From NCBI GenBank assembly GCA_964439485.1, contig CAYTOV010000004.1:1-41901 (forward strand): a DNA stretch of 41,901 nucleotides, in the 5' to 3' direction. The first letter of the stretch is position 1, and each line of letters starts with the position of its first letter. This DNA comes from an uncultured Acidaminococcales bacterium (lineage in GTDB: Bacteria > Bacillota > Negativicutes > Acidaminococcales > Acidaminococcaceae). The notes beneath the pieces are model-generated. The model did no database searches and was not told the origin of the DNA. It was given only the letters and a program-made list of their open reading frames with translations. Shown here one piece after another: positions 38,343-41,901 of this stretch. The translations under genes were made by a program, and so were the position numbers.

Positions 38343-39269
38343 GTGTCTTTTTCAAATGAAGTTAAAAATGAACTGGCCCGGATTGAAGGACAAAAAAGCT
38401 GCTGTGATAAAGGTGAATTGTATGGCTTGCTGAAAATGAGCGGTGCAATTGTTTTGAGTGGCAGAAATATAGGCATTCATTTCTCAACAGAAAACGCTGC
38501 TTTGGCGCGAAGAATGCTGCAACTATTGAAGACAAACTTTAAACTGCAGACCGAGGTTGTAATAACCAGATCGCGGCGTTTGAAGAAAAATAACCGCTAT
38601 CAGGTCAGAGTGCTGCCATCACCAGAGGTCAGTATGGCCCTGGAGACACTTCAACTGTTGACAAGCATTGCAGAAGGAAAAGCAAAACTACTTTCTACCA
38701 GTTGCTGCCGAAGAGCTTTTTTACGAGGGGCCTTTATGGCCGGAGGTTCTGTTAGCAGGCCTGCCGGTGATTATCATCTCGAAATGGTCACAGGTAATTA
38801 TGATTTTGCTGAATTGATCAGGAGTATAATACATTCTTTTTCCATGCCGGTTAAGATGACGGACAGAAAAGGCGAATATATTGTTTACCTTAAGGAGGGC
38901 AATGCGATAACATCTTTTCTTTCTGTTATTGGTGCACATAATGCCTTGATGGAATTTGAAAATGTGCGTATAATTAAAGAAATGCGCAATAACGTTAATC
39001 GTATTGTCAATTGTGAAACAGCTAATTTGAATAAAACCGTGCAGGCAGCCGTCCACCAAGTTGAAAGCATCAAGTATATAGGTGAAGTTTTAGGGCTTTC
39101 TAAATTACCTTCTACTTTGCGGGAAACTGCAGAAATGCGGCTTACTTATCCGGAAGCATCTTTGACCGAGCTTGCGGATATGGCAACAGGCAAAATAGGA
39201 AAATCCGGAATTAATCATAGGCTGAAAAAATTGGAACAGATAGCTAAAGATTTGGGGATGACTGATTGA
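38343..39269 (+). CDS. whiA: DNA-binding sporulation/cell-division regulator WhiA
   Basis: GTG 38343 gives VSFSNEVKNELARI, preceded by RBS GGGGAG. It has a LAGLIDADG-like domain and a C-terminal HTH. Confidence 0.9.
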   Translation: MSFSNEVKNELARIEGQKSCCDKGELYGLLKMSGAIVLSGRNIGIHFSTENAALARRMLQLLKTNFKLQTEVVITRSRRLKKNNRYQVRVLPSPEVSMALETLQLLTSIAEGKAKLLSTSCCRRAFLRGAFMAGGSVSRPAGDYHLEMVTGNYDFAELIRSIIHSFSMPVKMTDRKGEYIVYLKEGNAITSFLSVIGAHNALMEFENVRIIKEMRNNVNRIVNCETANLNKTVQAAVHQVESIKYIGEVLGLSKLPSTLRETAEMRLTYPEASLTELADMATGKIGKSGINHRLKKLEQIAKDLGMTD

Positions 39270-40084
39270 TGTCGAGAGTAGTCAAGATTATTCTTTGTGT
39301 TTTTGGGTTTCTAGTAGTTGTTGGTATCGCTTTATACGCAGATTTTGCAAAATTTTGTAGTCGAAGCGTCCCTGTTTTTGCTTACCACAGGATTACTACC
39401 AATAAGGATATTTACAGCATGCCACCTGATACTTTTGAGGCACAAATGAAATATCTGCATGATAATGGTTATAAAAGTATCAGCCTTAATGAATTCGTAA
39501 ATAAAAGAGAAATGGGCCCTGATGCTTTTAATAAAAATTTTGTTATAACTTTTGATGATGGATATTGCGATAATAATAGGGTTGCCATGCCAATCATGAA
39601 AAAATATGGTTATACAGGTACTGTTTTTATTGCTATCAAATATATGGCTTGGCCTGGCTATGTTACCTGGCAGGATGTGGTAAGCCTGAAAGAGAATGGT
39701 TGGGAAATAGGTTCACATACTTATAACCATGTCGCTTTGGCTAAAGCTACGCCAGAGGAACTTGATGCCGAACTGAAAAATTCAAAAGAGTTTTTGAATA
39801 AATTTGATCCGGCCTTCAATGTAAATACAATTGCTTATCCTTTCGGTAGCTATAATGAGGATGTTTATAGCGCGTTGTCAAAAAATGGCTATATTGCGGC
39901 GGCAACCGGTATAGATGGCGTTAATACCGCAGAGACTCCTGTTTACCAGTTGTATAGAGTCAACATCTTCAACGATGGCAAGGATGTAAAAATGTTTGCC
40001 AAAAGACTTTTGTGGGCTCAATTGAGCAGCTGGACGAGATCACATGGTATTGATATTACTCAGGCACGCAGGTTCTTGCAGTAA
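39266..40084 (+). CDS. Membrane-anchored polysaccharide deacetylase (NodB/CE4)
   Basis: There is an N-terminal TM and the motifs TFDDGY and SHTYNH. The start is TTG 39266 or ATG 39269, overlapping the whiA stop. Confidence 0.85.
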   Translation: MMSRVVKIILCVFGFLVVVGIALYADFAKFCSRSVPVFAYHRITTNKDIYSMPPDTFEAQMKYLHDNGYKSISLNEFVNKREMGPDAFNKNFVITFDDGYCDNNRVAMPIMKKYGYTGTVFIAIKYMAWPGYVTWQDVVSLKENGWEIGSHTYNHVALAKATPEELDAELKNSKEFLNKFDPAFNVNTIAYPFGSYNEDVYSALSKNGYIAAATGIDGVNTAETPVYQLYRVNIFNDGKDVKMFAKRLLWAQLSSWTRSHGIDITQARRFLQ

Positions 40085-40099
40085 ATATGCTAATAATAC

Positions 40100-40128
40100 T
40101 TGCAGTATTAGCCAAAAGAATATAAAAT
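40100..40128 (+). promoter_or_regulatory. Candidate promoter of the SCIFF precursor gene
   Basis: TTGCAG (40100-40105), a 17-nt spacer, then TAAAAT (40123-40128). Confidence 0.5.
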
Positions 40129-40164
40129 AATACTAATTCAAGAATACATCGGAGGTGTTCATAA

Positions 40165-40308
40165 ATGAAGAAACATATTAAAACCGTGAATAAAGCTATG
40201 TTGAACAAAACTTTAAAAACCGGTGGTTGTGGAGAATGCCCAGCTTCCTGTCAATCAGCTTGCAAGACTTCCTGCACTGTTGGCAACCAAGTTTGCGAAA
40301 AACAATAA
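40165..40308 (+). CDS. scfA: Six-cysteine ranthipeptide precursor SCIFF (47 aa; absent from the ORF track)
   Basis: The sequence is MKKHIKTVNKAMLNKTLKTGGCGECPASCQSACKTSCTVGNQVCEKQ. The RBS GGAGG (40151-40155) lies 9 nt upstream. The core GGCGEC..SCQSACKTSCTVGNQ.CE is nearly identical to the SCIFF consensus. Confidence 0.9.
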   Translation: MKKHIKTVNKAMLNKTLKTGGCGECPASCQSACKTSCTVGNQVCEKQ

Positions 40309-40328
40309 TGAGTGTTTGTAGCACTTAT

Positions 40329-40357
40329 GCTCCCTGCCAGCGCAGGGAGCTATTTTT
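40329..40357 (+). terminator. Intrinsic terminator/attenuator between the precursor and maturase genes
   Basis: GCTCCCTGC-CAGC-GCAGGGAGC is a 9-bp GC-rich stem followed by TATTTTT. Confidence 0.8.
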
Positions 40358-40383
40358 CTGTAAAAGAAAGGCGGAAATTTTAA

Positions 40384-41790
40384 TTGCTGATTCATAAAAT
40401 GAAACTGGACGACAATATGGCCGTCCTTGATATTAATAGCGGTGCTGTTCACCTTGTTGACGAAATCATCTATGATGTCCTGGATGTTTTTAACGGAGAA
40501 AACGACGAAGAAACACTTAGAGCTTTTTCTGGTCGTTATTCAGAGGAAGACATCAGGGAAGTTTTGGCAGAACTGCATGAATTAAAAGATGAAGGACTTT
40601 TGTTCTCTCCAGAGTATCCTGTACCGGATACTTTTAGCGAAGAGCCTGTGCTTAAGTCCCTTTGCCTGCATATTGCACATGATTGCAATTTGCGCTGTGG
40701 CTATTGTTTTGCTGGTACTGGCGATTTTGGCGGTAAACGTGAGTTGATGAGCAAGGAAATTGCGGAGAAGGCAGTAGAATTTGCAATCAAAGGCAGCAAA
40801 AAAAGACACAATCTAGAACTGGATCTCTTTGGCGGCGAGCCTTTAGTCAATCCTGATGTTGTTCGTCATGTCATTAATTACGTGCGGAAACGTGAGAAGG
40901 AAACTGGCAAGAACATCAAACTTACCTTAACGACTAATGGTACTTTATTAAATGATGATATTGTGGAGTTTTTAAATGAAAACCGCGTAATGCTGGTTTT
41001 AAGCCTGGACGGTAAAAAAGAGACACATGATCAGATGCGTCCGTTCCCAAATAAAATCGGCAGCTACGATGCTGCTGTGCGTGGCTTTAAAAAGGTAATA
41101 GAGAGCCGTGAAGGCAAAAACTATTATTTGCGGGGAACTTATACCCACTATGACGTACATTTTGCTGAGTCAGTACTCGATATGGCAAAAGTTGGCAAGG
41201 AGATTTCTGTCGAACCGGTTGTCGGTGTTGATGAACCATATGTGCTGACCGATGATGATTTGCCGGTAATCATGGAAGAATATGAAAAACTGGCGAGAAT
41301 TTATCTGCAAAGAAGGCATGAAGGCAATCCTTTTGATTTCTTCCACTTCAATGTAGCACTTGATAACGGCCCATGTGTTGCTAAGAGACTCGCGGGTTGT
41401 GGCGCGGGGCATGAGTATTTTGCAATAACACCTGAAGGCGATATTTATCCGTGCCATCAATTTGTTGGCAGGGAAGAATATAAATTTGGAACACTCGAAA
41501 CGGGCGTGGTTAAACCTGAGCTTGTTCAAAAGTTCCGTCATATGCACGTAATGAACAAACCAACCTGCCGTGAATGTTGGGCAAGGTTTTTCTGCAGTGG
41601 CGGGTGTCATGCCAATGCTGATCTTATTAACGGAGACATCAGCAAACCTTATGAGTATGGCTGCAAGCTGCAGAAAAAACGTCTGGAATGTGCAATAATC
41701 ATTCAATCATTGCTGACAGCTGATGCCCAGGAGGGCGGCTCTGATCTGCGTCCGACTATCGATAATTTTAAGTATAAAGTTGAGAAATAG
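40384..41790 (+). CDS. scfB: Radical SAM/SPASM thioether-forming SCIFF maturase
   Basis: It has the CNLRCGYC radical-SAM cluster motif. The C-terminal SPASM cysteines are CGAGHEYFAITPEGDIYPCHQF and CRECWARFFCSGGCHANA. The N-terminus LDINSGAVHLVDE is typical of SCIFF maturases. Confidence 0.9.
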   Translation: MLIHKMKLDDNMAVLDINSGAVHLVDEIIYDVLDVFNGENDEETLRAFSGRYSEEDIREVLAELHELKDEGLLFSPEYPVPDTFSEEPVLKSLCLHIAHDCNLRCGYCFAGTGDFGGKRELMSKEIAEKAVEFAIKGSKKRHNLELDLFGGEPLVNPDVVRHVINYVRKREKETGKNIKLTLTTNGTLLNDDIVEFLNENRVMLVLSLDGKKETHDQMRPFPNKIGSYDAAVRGFKKVIESREGKNYYLRGTYTHYDVHFAESVLDMAKVGKEISVEPVVGVDEPYVLTDDDLPVIMEEYEKLARIYLQRRHEGNPFDFFHFNVALDNGPCVAKRLAGCGAGHEYFAITPEGDIYPCHQFVGREEYKFGTLETGVVKPELVQKFRHMHVMNKPTCRECWARFFCSGGCHANADLINGDISKPYEYGCKLQKKRLECAIIIQSLLTADAQEGGSDLRPTIDNFKYKVEK

Positions 41791-41797
41791 GTTATGA

Positions 41798-41827
41798 TTT
41801 GTCTGCCGCTGAAACGCGGCAGACAAA
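41798..41827 (+). terminator. Hairpin after scfB
   Basis: TTTGTCTGCCGC/GCGGCAGACAAA is a 12-bp stem with a weak trailing U-tract (AATTTC). Confidence 0.55.
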
Positions 41828-41853
41828 ATTTCAAATAAACTTCCGGAAGGGGG

Positions 41854-41882
41854 TTGCCAGAGGGCATAAAATCTGATATTAT
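41854..41882 (+). promoter_or_regulatory. Outward-reading candidate promoter at the window edge
   Basis: TTGCCA (41854-41859), a 17-nt spacer, then TGaTATTAT (41874-41882). Its target lies outside the window. Confidence 0.35.
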
Positions 41883-41901
41883 AAATAAGCCGTCGGGTGA
41901 G

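Noticed and set aside
1-41901. Search for mobile elements, CRISPR repeats, tRNA or rRNA genes, toxin-antitoxin pairs or defence islands.
   Set aside because: I saw no transposase, integrase or recombinase-like ORFs, no regularly spaced repeats, and no tRNA T-loop signatures. Gene content is housekeeping with conserved Firmicutes synteny.

Overview
This window looks like a chromosomal core region of a moderately AT-rich Firmicutes genome. The gene order is comFC-(insert)-hpf-secA-prfB, ftsEX, uvrBAC, then rapZ-yvcK-whiA. A BioW-type biotin operon, a SCIFF locus and a ZTP riboswitch point to Clostridia/Negativicutes. About 40 genes are densely packed, mostly on the + strand, with many translationally coupled junctions. 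I saw no rRNA, tRNA, CRISPR array, transposase or integrase. Several ORF-track starts are N-terminal over-extensions and are corrected below (purH-like, hpf, secA, ftsX, M23 peptidase, uvrB, uvrC, bioD, whiA, glnQ-like ATPase). Four features are missing from or broken in the ORF track. (1) A 47-aa six-cysteine SCIFF precursor (40165-40308) has its own promoter, with an intrinsic terminator between it and its radical-SAM/SPASM maturase. (2) A 52-aa rubredoxin lies at 29228-29386. (3) prfB uses the classical CTT TGA C +1 frameshift. (4) A discrete, G+C-enriched structured ncRNA of about 215 nt (7181-7399) has a near-consensus promoter and a long-range closing helix. It sits between comFC and hpf, the context reported for the raiA-motif RNA. 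Regulatory RNA and DNA elements include a ZTP (pfl) riboswitch with an overlapping terminator ahead of a short-form AICAR transformylase, and two BirA-type dyads around the bio promoter. Protein oddities include an AdoMetDC-fold protein lacking the self-processing serine, a large polytopic membrane protein coupled to csaB, and a YvcK with an N-terminal membrane extension. Nothing here is demonstrably a wholly new system. The SCIFF locus and the orphan ncRNA are the strongest leads.
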